The notes beneath the pieces are model-generated. The model ran no database searches. It saw only the letters and a list, made by a program, of their open reading frames with translations, and was not told the DNA's origin. A stretch of 64,000 nt of DNA from the human T2T-CHM13v2.0 reference genome, Homo sapiens. The translations under genes and the position numbers were made by a program. The stretch lies in assembly GCF_009914755.1 (NCBI RefSeq), contig NC_060926.1, one strand, 5' to 3'. Positions 1-12,899 of the stretch are shown here, one piece after another. The stretch's first letter is position 1, and each line of letters begins with the position of its first letter.

Positions 1-186
1 AAAATTAGCCAGGCATGGTGGCAGACACCTGTAATCCCAGCTACTCGGGAGGCTGAGGCAGGAGAATCGCTTGAACCCAGGGGCAGAGGTTGCAGTGAGC
101 CGAGATCGCGCCCCTGAACCCCAACCTGGGTGACAGAAAAAGACTCCCTCTCAAAAAAAAAAAAAAAAAAAGAAAAAGAAAAAAAT
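1..186 (+). mobile_element. Alu right monomer plus A-tail (AluS-like), cut by window start
   Basis: aaaattagccaggcatggtggc...gctactcgggaggctgaggcaggagaatcgcttgaacc...ctcaaaaaaa. Confidence 0.95.
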
Positions 187-749
187 GTCAGGCCTTTTAT
201 TCAGGCCTGAATTCACTGTGGGCCCTTATATTCTTCATTATTGCTATGCATGTCTCCACATCGTAAATACCTCCTTATTTGAACTAACTTGATGGAATTT
301 CTGTATTTTATAACCCAGATACTAACTAAAGCACATTTTTATTCTCTTTTTCTTTTCCTGTCTTTAATAGCTCTCACTTAATGTTATAAAAATTCTGGTT
401 TTCTAACTTTAAGCATGTTATCTGTGCACAGTTACACACACATTCACATCAGCAAAGCTGCCGGCATAGTTCTAAAGGCCTGTCCTACTGGCTCATCCAG
501 GAGTTAAATATTCAGAGACAAGACATTGTATAAATCCTACAGGTAGAAGTTGCATGGGAGAACTGAATGCACTAGAATGCCTTATCTCCATCTTTTTCAC
601 TTGTCAGACAGCTCTTCATTCTTCAAATCACCTTGCATATTGTATTTTCTGGGAAGATTGCTTTGACAGCCTCCTTCTTCCTACCCCAACAAATGTGTCA
701 CACACTGAATCACCTGCCGTGAGTTTGCGCCATGAGAACAGCAATGGCA

Positions 750-1030
750 GCAACAAGAGCAATAGCGAACAATTTTGAGTGCTTAACATGTGCCAAGCAA
801 TGTACTAAGTGCTTACACACATTGCCTCACTCAGGCTTCACCAAAACCTCAAGAAATCACAGTATTTTAGAGGTGAAAAAAACTATTATTTTACAGATAA
901 GAAAACTTGAGTTTCAAGCACTGTGGTTAGTACTTTATATTTATTCCTTCATTTTATCATCACAGCGATAGTTTGGAGCTATTGTGAGCCCCACTCTAAA
1001 GATGAGAAAATAAATGCTCATAGCAGTTAA
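750..1030 (-). mobile_element. MIR SINE fragments
   Basis: gagtgcttaacatgtgccaagca...tattttacagataagaaaacttgag matches the reverse-complement MIR core. Confidence 0.7.
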
Positions 1031-4000
1031 TTGTCTAATCCCTTACTTTTATCTCCACTATATCTATTATGCCATTTATTTAAACAGAAATGATCTGCTT
1101 ATGTGTCCACTTCCCCTGTGAATCAGTAAGTTCAAGGGAAGGACTCTGCCCTACTCATCTTTGAATATCAAATTATGTGCTCAGTAAATATCCACTTGCC
1201 AATGCAGACTCCTCCCTGATGTGAGTCCTACGATTCTTAAATTTTAAATACGTTTTAGTAAACGAGTAAACACACATGTACTTTTTCTGAAAAAGGCTCT
1301 AGAGTTTTTATTTTACCACCACCACATTGCTGTCTCCCCTGGAAATGACCCCCAAGGGATCATTCTTCTAGTGGAGCCAGCCAAAGCCATGGTTGGCTAT
1401 TGTTGATGACCCTGTCAGGCTTAAGGACAGAAATTCTGCTCTTCTGGAGCCTAAAGTATCAGTCCTTGTTGCTCTTGAGCCTACTAAAAGACTCTAGAAC
1501 TATGGCCACAAATGCTAGTTGTCCCCAACAATCCATGCACAGTTCCCCACTACTGCAGTGAAAGCTGTAGCAAATAGTAAAAGGTTTGTGTTACTGACCA
1601 TTTCAAACCTACCTCTACAGGACTAGGGAACACTTACCCTCAGTGCTGGACCTCCTCAGGTCTTTGCAAGCTTTACCCTTAGCCTCCTCTTCCAAGGACT
1701 CAGAATGAAAAGAAAATAAATGCAAAGGTAAGCCTCATCGCTGTCCTCAGGTAAGTTCCTTCAGAACGTGAGCAGTAGGGGCACCCTTTCCCTCCAGGAC
1801 AAAAAGATGCAACATTGCCCAATGATCTCCAAAAGGGAACTACAAAAATATCCACAGTCTTAAATTCTTTCATTTTATCCCTGGTCACCTTGATAATAAT
1901 ATAACATTAGTGAAAATGAAGGTAAAATGGCTATGTATTACCTAAAAGCATATCATGAAAGTTAACATGAAGAACATGTCAACAGACTCCTAATGACATC
2001 GTCGTAATGAAGAAAAGCCCTTTTCTTGCAAAGCACCAATGTGGCTGATAAACCGCAGAGGCTCTGCTGTGTGGCGGAGTGATTAAATTTTGCCACCGAT
2101 GCCAGACAGCATTACTCCTACTGCTTTCATGGCAGAAAACACGTCATCAAACTGTCGGAACGTCACTGAATTTTCCCCAAGTGCTTTTCCTCTCATCTCG
2201 ATTGAACATCTAAATCTTTTCTCTACACGATAAACAAAAATGAATGGATGAAATATGGCTTTAAATCTCTCTCCACAACAGTGAGCTTTATAATCTTATG
2301 AATGAAGCTAGGCCTCTTGTGCTCTCAGGATCTATAGGGACTGATTTATAAATTAACGAGTAATGCATTGATTTTTGCTTATTACTTCTTTGACAAATCT
2401 CTTTAGTAAGTTATCTGCATACTCATCCTGGAAAGGCACCCTTCCATATCTGAAGTCTGGCTCTTTTCATAGTGCAGCAGTCAACATCATTGTGAAATGG
2501 ATTATGATAGACTTTTCTGTCCTTGGAATAAAGAATCCTAAAATCTCTTCATACATTTGTCTCATTATTTCTAGGCTATCAGTAGATGATTTCATTGGCA
2601 TCAGAAAATAAAGTTTTAAATCGATTGTATTCATCTATTAAAATATATTTTATAATAGATTTTGGATCTGAAGAATTGAGATGTGTTTAACTAACCACAT
2701 CATTTCATTTCTGAAGCAAACTGTGTAGTGACTTATTAAACAGATTTAAAACTAAAGATACTTTTACTTGGCAATTATGCAAATGGAAAATCCAGAGGAA
2801 TAGATGTTCAGATTTAGGTTGGATATGTTCCTTGAAGAAGTATATTTACACTTTATGGCACTACTAGAAAATTCTAGAAAATTCTTCTGGAAATGAACCT
2901 TTTCTTCTTTCTTCTCTGGGGGAGTTAAGGGTTTTCTTTTTTGTTTTTCTTTTCTTTTTTATTATTATTATTTGGCTTTGTGTTAAGATGCTTTGATCTG
3001 ATGTTGGAAATGAACGCTAGATACTTCTGTTGACTTCCACCAAATAAGATTGGGGAAATAAAGCAGTTCTTGGGAAAGTCCTTTATAATAATGGTAGGAT
3101 GTTACTTTTTAAGCTATCAATAGTATAAAGACTTATTTTCTCTTAGTAAGTAACTTACCTAGTTGGAAAGAGGTCAATTAAAAGATTTCTTACATTTTTT
3201 CCTGTAAGGCCTAAATTGTCATTGTTAACCAAGGAAACAGGGTCAGGCTTGAAAAATCAAGGAATTCATTATACCTGCTGAACTGAAGTCAAAATTACTA
3301 GTTGTTCAACATTAACTTTTCCTAAACTCAAATCTATTTTTATAAACTAAATAATGTTCATATTAGAATTTAACTGATTTTCATTTTTACAACTGGTAGA
3401 CTAGACTTTCCTTAAACTTTTAGAAATAAAATGAAGGCTTAACCGGATTTGTGAGGATAAAATACATTTTCTTTAACTTTCCTAGAGCAAAGTAGATTAG
3501 TCCCCATGTGTTTTTTGTAACAATGCAAATTGTAATTTATCAAAGAAAAATACATACATTGCTTGGTCTTGCAGAAAAGTTCCCTTGAAAGAACCTTTCC
3601 AATAAATAAAACTTCCCAAATTAAATAATAATGTTTTGATTTTTTTTCCGAGGGAATCTTGTTTTGTTTTGTTTCTAGTGCTTTTTTTATTTTTCCTTTT
3701 TCCCCAGTTCTTTATCATTTGCTATAGATGGCTTATTTTGCATTGATGCAGACTAGGCTGCAAGTTTTGTTTCATTCAGTAAACTAAAAATTATTAATTA
3801 AAAAAATAAGATTTGAAAGAAGTTCCCTAGTGGATACAGGTTGCTCACTGCTGTTGTTTGCTGTGTTGCTTTTTAATTCAAAGATGCCAGCAGGGTCAGC
3901 CTTACCACCAGTCCCAGTCTGGTTCATGGGGCTGCAAACCATTTTAGGCACATGAATAAGGGAGGCATCATGCTGAAGTCAGCACACAACACAGATACTC

Positions 4001-5379
4001 AGCAACACCTACAGGAAAAAGTGGCAGCTTGAACATTTATTTATATTTGTTTCTTCTTCTCCTTTCCTTATCTCCATTTCTCATCTTCCAGATACAACTG
4101 AAATTATCTACGAAGTGAAATGGTGAAGGAAAAATATAGGAATGAATTTTTTTTTTAAAAGAAACCAATTATGAAATTTAAAACAGGATGTAAACATTCT
4201 TGTTAAAAATTAGAGTCAGCTCAGGGTGACGTAAAATTGTAATGAAAGAAACCAAGAACCTTGGAATTTTTGTCTTACCTCTATGGATGTGCATTTACAA
4301 ACTATTACCTTCCATCAAAATAAGAAACGCTGGGATGTGATTTGGAGGGTTTGCCGGGGTGGGGAAGGAGGGAAGAGGAACAGGGAGAGAGTTACTTAGT
4401 CATGATTTATTAATAATTACATAATTTATTAGAGGTAAGAACTGGAATTTAGAGCAAAAATTCTACTCAATAATATGTATGCACTTGTTCCTTTCTTCTT
4501 GTGCACTTGTATCCATGAAGAAACTTACCAGGGAAAAGATAATCATGGCCTAGGATACGAACAAGGATATTGCCACCATTGCTTAGAGCTGACATGCCTA
4601 GGGGCAACATGAGCCTTTGCTTTTCTAGGCACAGGAAAAGACAAATGAACTTATTATATCCATTCATTCAGCCCACAATGTCTTGTTGGGACTCACTGTG
4701 AATTAGGGACTGTTTTAGGCATTGAAGACACCTGGAAACCAAAAGGATACATGATCTCTGCCCAAGTGTGCTACTCGACTCCTACCTTCTACTCTGTGGA
4801 CAGCTCCAATCACTACAAAATTAACCACTTTTTAAAATTTAACCCCATATTTAAATTAACACAATTAACCACATATTTAAAATTTAAGAATCACAGGACT
4901 CACATCAGGGAGGAGTCTGCATTGGCAAGTGGATAATTTGTAGTGGTCAATTATCATTATTCCTCACCCTTAGACAGGGTGCCAAGGTTGGAATAAAAAA
5001 TAAGAGCAGAAATGCAATGCACTTCCTCAGCACCCATTAGAGCCCCACATTTCCAATGCAGTAAGGAGAAAACAAGAAAAAGAGTGATGACAGAAAATAA
5101 CATGCTGCAAGGAACCAAAAAGACCATTAATGACAACAAATGCAAACAGGCTACATTCTTTTCTAAATTTGCGAATTCATCTAAAATGTGCAATTAAACT
5201 ATATGGCATCTACAGAATGTATTATGAAGTAAGAGATAAAGATGGGAAGAGAAGTATTAAATAAAAGCTAAGGTAAAAATATTAATTTCAAATAGAGTTG
5301 AGTTCAAACAATTTTGCCTTACCTCAAAGAACGTGCATTTACATAACATTATTGCATAATTACTAGAGGACTATGAGAG

Positions 5380-6250
5380 GCATTTGCTCACATACTAGTT
5401 GGTAATGACGCTAGTGAGAGGAGAGTTACTGGGATAAGCATGTTGGAGTTGGAGAATCAGGAATTCACTTTTGAACATTACTTTTGAGATGTCTGCTATG
5501 ATCTAAATGTTTGTGTCCCCCCAGAATTCATATTTTGCAACTTAGTCCCCATTAAGGGCTGGGGGCTCTTAGGAAGTGATTAGATCATGAGGGCAAAGCC
5601 CTCATGAGCGGGACTAATTCTCTTATAAAAGAGGCCTAAGAGAGCTTAATCATTCCTTCCACCATATGAAAAGGCAGCAAGAAGGCACTATCTACAAAGC
5701 AAAGAATAGGTCCTCACCAGATATCAATTCTGCTAATGCTTTGATTTTGAACTTCCCAGCCTTTAGAACTGTGGGCAATGAATTCTTGTAATTTATAAAT
5801 TACCAGTCTTAGGTATTTGTTGTATTTGTTAAAACAGCCAGAACAGACTAATATAATGCCTAATGAGTTGACAACTGAAATATATGACTTAAATATAAGG
5901 AAGAGCTGTGGAGTGAAGATGAAAATGTCTATATCATCAGCATATATTTCATATTTACAGACATGAAAACTATCACCAAGGAGAGAAATGATACAAGAAG
6001 TATTCCAGAATGGAGACTGAGATGTCTGTTCCAACATTTAGAATTTAAGTAAAGGTAGAAACAGCAAAATAAATTGAGAAAGATGTCCAGGGAGGTTAAA
6101 GGAAAGCTGAGAGGGAAGAGTATTTTAAGGGGGAGAGATGGTCAACTCTGTAGAATGGATTGTGGGAAATCAAATGGATTCATGTTAGAAAAGTACTCAC
6201 TTGCCATGTGGAAGCTGATGATAATTCTGACAAGAGATATTGCATATGAA
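5380..6250 (-). mobile_element. L2 LINE fragment interrupted by a MaLR LTR
   Basis: ggaattcacttttgaacattacttttgagatgtct and purine-rich antisense L2-like text on both sides of the LTR. Confidence 0.6.
5494..5854 (+). mobile_element. MaLR solo LTR (MLT1A-like)
   Basis: Starts tgctatgatctaaatgtttgtgtcccc; contains cttcccagcctttagaactgtg; ends aacagccagaacagactaatata. Confidence 0.85.
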
Positions 6251-8037
6251 AGTAATTTTTGAAGCTACAATTATTCAATATCTACTTAATAAGTTGCTTG
6301 GATTGTTCCAGTAATTAATCTAAGTAAAAACGTGTCCAGGCCTGCAATCACTCAAACATTCCACTCCAAGATATTCTATGCTGGACAGGAGTCAAACTCA
6401 CTTTGGAATAATGCAGTCAGTTTCAGAAGTTTTAAACGTGCAAAAGTCCACAGCCTACAAAAGCTAATTTAAATCCAGATGCCTTATGTAAATAATTTAT
6501 TTTAAACAATTTCATTTTATACATTTGCTGAACTTTCATTTAAATTTTGATTTTTAAAAGTGTGAAATCATAGAAATCGCCTTAACCCAATAATATGTTA
6601 TTAGCTCTGCTATATTGTAAGAAAAAAAGTATGATGTTATCCTATATTTTTAGAATTATGTCAATTCCAAGGACCTGTCCATTATTAAAGCTCATGCAGC
6701 CCAAATTAACTAAGGCTCACATATAACAGCTGTCCATTCTTTTCTTAGCATATAATCAAGTATTTGCAGGCAGGTATTAAATTCTACCCCTTAAGGACTC
6801 AGAGAGCTCCATAAATGTGTGCAAATTCCCTATATGTATATTTTAAATGCAAATTTCTGTGACAATTTTATGAACAGCTGTAGAGTTCAAAAAAAGTGCA
6901 TTTCCTTATTCATACTATCTATATGCAAACTCACGAAAAATATCAGATGTGATAAGCTGTAGCTTGTTTTAGTAGAATATAACCATTTATATTTATGGCA
7001 CACAGCACCCCTCTTTCACAAGCACTTCCTAAACTCAAAGAGAAAAGTCTGTTAGCCTGCCATTACAAAAGAACCATCTTCAGGATGAAATAGTGGCTTC
7101 CTCTCAAACATGAAGCAATAAGCTGCTTCAAATTGAAAGAACAAAATTATGGCTGATCAACTGCAAGAATTTTGAAAAGACTGAAATAAGCTTAAATTTC
7201 ACTTGGAAACCAATGGCAGTGTAATTGAATGAGTATCAAACTGGAAATCAGAGCTATGTATATGTTCCAGCTCTGAAAGTAGGAATCTAAGTGGCCATGA
7301 GCAAAGCCCTCAATTTTTTAAGGTCTTTCTAAAAAAAAAAACATGAAGGGAGGAACCTAATCAGTCTCTAAGATCCTGTCCAGTTCTGCATTCCACAGTA
7401 GCAGGCAAAACTCCTCTGGCAATTAAGCTGGCCTTAGCTACAAGGATGGACACATCTTGATCACAAGGGAAAAAACAAATAAAGGACAGTGATGGAGAGG
7501 GAACACTGTCTTTTCCAACTTTCACATCAGTGGAGTATAATAGAAAATTAGAAAGCAAAAAAAAACACTTTATTATAAAGAAAAATTTAGTGATCACACA
7601 CATCCTAGATCTTCTTTATTTATATAAGCTATATTATATAACAAATACATGTCTATCAAAAAGTACTTATTGAGAGAGTACTGTGCTGGGTGCTGAAGGT
7701 CATGGTAGGCTTTTACTGAAATAGCACAGGCTACCAAGCAGAGTCTTATCAGGGCAGCCAGCCAGTGTGAAACCTGAATGATGCTACCAAACAGACCATG
7801 CCTCAGACACTTACCTTTGTTCATGATTAGCCTGCTGGACCTCTGGGAAAGAGACCAAAGCTAGACAAGTTTACACCAAAGAAAAAGGCATAAATGAGAC
7901 TGTTAATGTAATGCTGACGTGCAGATATCCCCAGTCTTTCTTGTTTCATGGTGCCCTTTAGTGCCTCACTAATTGCTTCATGTAAATCTTAGGTCAAAAG
8001 AAATACCTAGCAGTTTTAGGTATTAAGCAGTTAGAAA

Positions 8038-8619
8038 TGTTAACCTTAATAAGAGAGACAGGGTCTCTAAAAGAAAAGAATATTTATTCAAGAATAGGTC
8101 ATTGCAATGAGAACACATGTGCCATAATAAACTATGTGCATATTCAGGGAGATAAAGGAAGACAAAAAAATAGAAGAATTAAATAATTATTTTGAGATAA
8201 ATATCCTTGGCTATAAGGGTCAATAACAAGAGTAATGCCAGTTTGAAGCTGTAAAGACAGTTGCCGGACAGATGTCCTCACAAAAGTTTTTCTTTTTTTT
8301 TTTTTTTTGAGACAGGTTCTCATTTTGTTGCCCAGGCTGGTCTCAAACTCCTGGGCTCAAGTGATCTTCCCACCTCAGCTTCCCAAAGTCTACGGTATGA
8401 AAAACCATGCCCGGCTTCCTCGCAGTCGTATGTTTTTTTGTGTAAAATTGCAGTTGTCTTTGTGCAACGTTGTGGTTTTGGTAGAGTTTTTTGTGATAGT
8501 TCCTGTTATTAGGTGCTTATGCATGAGAACCCTCTCTTCATGATCTTTTCTTACTCTTTGTCAGGGTTGCTGTTGTTGTTAACACAAGTGACTCCATTTT
8601 GATTCTGACAACTTTCACA
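8038..8619 (-). mobile_element. ERV1 (MER4-group) LTR, MER65-like 3' LTR
   Basis: Minus strand begins tgtgaaagttgtcagaatcaaaatggagtcac. It is preceded on the minus strand by the polypurine tract aaaagggggaaa (8620-8631) and probable internal sequence to about 8830. Confidence 0.75.
8287..8416 (-). mobile_element. FLAM/Alu left monomer inserted in the LTR
   Basis: Poly-T then gagacaggttctcattttgttgcccaggctggtctcaaactcctgggctcaagtgatc; degenerate TSD tcctcacaaaagt / tcctcgcagtcgt. Confidence 0.85.
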
Positions 8620-10668
8620 TTTCCCCCTTTTGATAAAAATCTTTCCCTGAAAGCATCACTGACCAATGACCCTGTAGTAAAGTTTTCATTTCTTTAGTAC
8701 CAGGATGGACCTGTCTCAGGTTGCTCATCTAGTCCCATGATGGAGGGAGTAATTGGAGGCTATGAGTCAATTTCAAACACTTTTATCCACATTTGACCCA
8801 CAATGAAAGTTTGAAGGAAGAAATGCACTGGCCATCAGTCCACTTGTCAGCTGGATAGTTGGATGAAGAAAAAAAAAAGCTTCATTACCTGAGCAAGTTA
8901 GGACCAAACAGAATTATTAAAAATTGTCCTCTGATCCATGAGAGCAGTGAACAGAACACCCTGATTAATTTTATTCTTTAAATTTTGGGGATGGGGTGGG
9001 TAGGTGGGTAATTTGTTCTTGTGGAACAGAATGCTCATATTTTCTTCTTGTAGTATCATTTCTCCAAGCAAGTTAGTATCTGAGAAGCCAATATTAGTCA
9101 TCACGTGATTGCTTGTGGAGCAAAGAAAACAAGTTGGTTGAGAAGTGAGGCTAGACCTAAGAGATTCATATAATCTAGGCCATGGAAATTCTCTTTGACT
9201 CATTGTAAATTTTACCTCCATGGAAAGTTAGCAAAGACATAGTTCATGTACAATCCTTCCCCTTAAACCCTGGAAGTATCACTAATCAATCAGGGCATGC
9301 TTTCTCAGTGAGCCTGGAAGGAGCTTGGCAATCATCTCCAACACCCTCTGCCTATTGAACACTGCTCCTTAACAGATTGTATTTAGAAACGAAATCTGTT
9401 TTCCAACTTAGGCCTACAATGATTGTATTGGAGATTCAGCTTCTCTCCCTCAATACAATTTGACTTATAAACTACTATTCGTTCCTTCCCAAAACCTTTT
9501 TTTTTATATTTTTGCTCTTTCTACTGTAACTACAATCTCTATTTATATGAAATAATTCACTGATTATCATTAAATCAAGGTGGTATGCTACTGGTTCATA
9601 GTGGGTGCTAGAAACTTTTACCCATTAAGTGTTGAGTAAATAACAACTCTGAAAAAGTTATCTTAATTTTACATTCTGGAATGACAACACATTTTTTCCC
9701 TATGCACCGACTACATCTTAATGATCAGGAACTCTTTAGACTGTGGTTAACTCCGGCCCCAGGGATTGATCCTCCCCTCCTCAATTCTCAAACTCAATAG
9801 CCTCAGAAAAACGAAATCACTCTCAAAACTCACATGAGATTACTGCAATCTGACTACCATTGTTCATAATGAAGAATATAATAACCACATGGAACATTAG
9901 GCTATCAGTCCATCTTCTTCCCATTGGAGAGCCTCCTTTAGGAATTTAAGAAAAGACAGCATGACCACTTAGAAAGGATTTGGAACAAGAGTAATTGATG
10001 TAACTAACAAGCATAATCTAGCCCAAATCAACCAGATGCTATTCTTGGCTAGCATCTATTTTCTCTTGCCAGGCAATGCTATAATATAAAACTCTTCAAG
10101 TTGCCATCTCAGATCTTTTGGTGTCTGCATAAAATCCTAATCTCTTCAAAAGGAAATCTTCTATAGATAGCAACCTCAAAAACGTCTTGACCTCAGAGGC
10201 AACTCTCTATCACAAGCATTAAGACAATCCAAATAGGGCAGCCTGAAAACAAAAATATTTTTAAATAAAACTGAGATAATATATGTTCTGTTCCTCAAAA
10301 ACACAACATCTCCATGAATTCTTTGCAAATGCTACTTCTATTAAACATATGAAGCTAGAACTACAAAGTTTTGTTGTTGCTGCTGTAGCTGTTCACATGA
10401 CACATATGGTTGTAAAACTCCAAAACACATTTTCATTGTGAATTAGTATATGCATAAAACCAAGTAGAAATTTTTTCGGTTTTGTAAAAATTAAATTATA
10501 GGAGTCTTTCTCATTCTAAATGAATGATAGCTAGTTATTATTCTTCATTTTTAAAAGTTATTACCCAAGAAAACGATCTACGTATAAATTGTGTTATACC
10601 TAAGAAAAAAGAAAAGTATTTAATCATTTGAAATCCCATCCCCATAGTCACAATATTGTGGTTTATAA

Positions 10669-10889
10669 TACCGGTTGGCAAACATTTTCTGTTTGCCAAA
10701 GGGCCAGATAGTAAATATTTTACTGTTTTGCAGGCATGTAATCTCTGTCTCAACAACTTAACTTTGCTACTGTAGCATGAAAGCAACTGAAGATAATACA
10801 TAAACAAATGAATATGACTGTGTTCCAATATTTGCAAAATCAGGTAGTGGGATGGATTTGGACTAAAAGAAGTAGTTTACCAACCCCTG
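10669..10889 (+). mobile_element. MER58A-like hAT-Charlie non-autonomous transposon
   Basis: ggttggcaaac...aaagggccagatagtaaatatttt...gtagtttaccaacccctg. Confidence 0.85.
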
Positions 10890-11882
10890 GTATATGCTTT
10901 TACAAAATTATTCTCTATGTCAATACACATAATGTGCAAACACCCACATACCCACATATATGTATGTATATGTAGATATGTATATGTTTAAATATATATT
11001 TGATAATCATATGTATGCATGTGTACTCATTTATGTGTGTGTGTGTTTGCACATATGTATTCACAGACAATTTAGATAAATCTATTTTTCATAGGGTCTT
11101 ATAAGATCAGGTTTGCCTTTGAAAGTATACTAAATTATTTACAAATCAGAGTATCATATTTAAAGCTGCAAAATATTCACCGAATACATCACAATTTTTT
11201 AATTCAATGGCTTTTAATATTCAATTTGTTGTTTTATTTTATAAATGATACCATAGTGACTATTCTCATTTAGCCTCTTCTGAGCATCTTATTTCTCCGG
11301 AGTGATTCCTCACAAGTGGAATTATCTGGTGAGAAAACGTCATATGAGTGGGCTAATTTCCCTATCCCCTAATCAACATTAAGTGTTAGTCTGTAGATTG
11401 TTTTCCAAATTGATATTTAAAAAGTAAGATGGCATTTTTATTTCTCATTGCTTTTATTAAATATTATTAACCTGTATACATATTGTCCTCCTTTTGCTGA
11501 GCACGTACATTTGGGGTGGGCAGAGGGCTCATCTTTTTAAAATTGATTTGTAAAATTACCAGCTTTCTCCAATGCAAGAAATAGAAATTCTATTCAATTT
11601 GGTTCAAAGAGGTTTTCTGTAGATGGTAGAAAAAGAGAAGTTGTTATTATAATGATACATTCCATGCATTATCCTATTTCTTCACTGGCCACATATCAGA
11701 GCTTACAAGACTTCAAGAAGCCTCTCTCTCACAGTGTAAGAATCACTTTTTGTGTATGTCTTTCCATGTTTTTTCTCTGAAGATTAATTTTCTTGGCAAG
11801 TTTTTGTTCCTCCACCTACAATGATAATAATAACAACATTATAGTAGGAATACTTATATCATGGTTAAAAGTGTTGCTAGGC

Positions 11883-12188
<306 letters not shown>

Positions 12189-12199
12189 GCGTTGCTAGG

Positions 12200-12390
12200 C
12201 ACATTTACATTCTTTTCATAAAGCAATTTATTTAATCCTCACAACTGTCCTTTGAGGTAGGAACTATCAGGATCCCCAAAGATGAGGAAAATGAGGAATT
12301 AAGTATTTTATTTAAGGTTATACCAGTCATAAGTGGTAGAGATGAGATTCAAAACTAGGCAGTCTGGCTCCAGAATACTGCACTACAAAC
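12200..12390 (-). mobile_element. MIR SINE (host of the AluY)
   Basis: tttaatcctcacaac...gaggtagg...gatgaggaaaatgagg...gagattcaaaactaggcagtctggctccaga. Confidence 0.75.
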
Positions 12391-12899
12391 CAAATCTTCA
12401 TCTCTTGTATGGTTAGGGTTGCCAAGATATAAATTTTGGCTTCAATTCTGAATGGTCCTACAGCTTGTGAGTCCTTGAAGTTTTTTGCTTGGCTTAATCT
12501 CTAATTCTCAATTCCAAATTTCCACAAAAAGAGAATATGATTTTGGCTCAGCTTGATTCAGAAGCTGACACAAACTCAGTCGTCTGTGGTCAAGGGGATG
12601 AAATCATATGTTTCTTAGAGCTATAAATGACAGGCTGTGAGCAGTATTTTCTAATCCTGCAGTATTCCTTACTCTTTTTCACATAATGGCACACAAAGAA
12701 ATTATAATATGATCTACGAGGGTAAAATATGAAACTGTTTGCAGTTCGCTACTTCAGACCCTGCTCAGTGTCCTAGGAAATCAACATCACAGTCTACTGG
12801 CAAACTCATCATGACACAACAGAGCTGCAGAGTACACTGATTAGGAAAGTCTGCTCCAAGGATGTGGGGAGGATTAGGGGAAAAATTATTGCAACTATT

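Noticed and set aside
4820-4890. Short AT-rich direct repeats (also 31871-31910 and 60412-60436)
   Set aside because: Ordinary slippage duplications with no further structure
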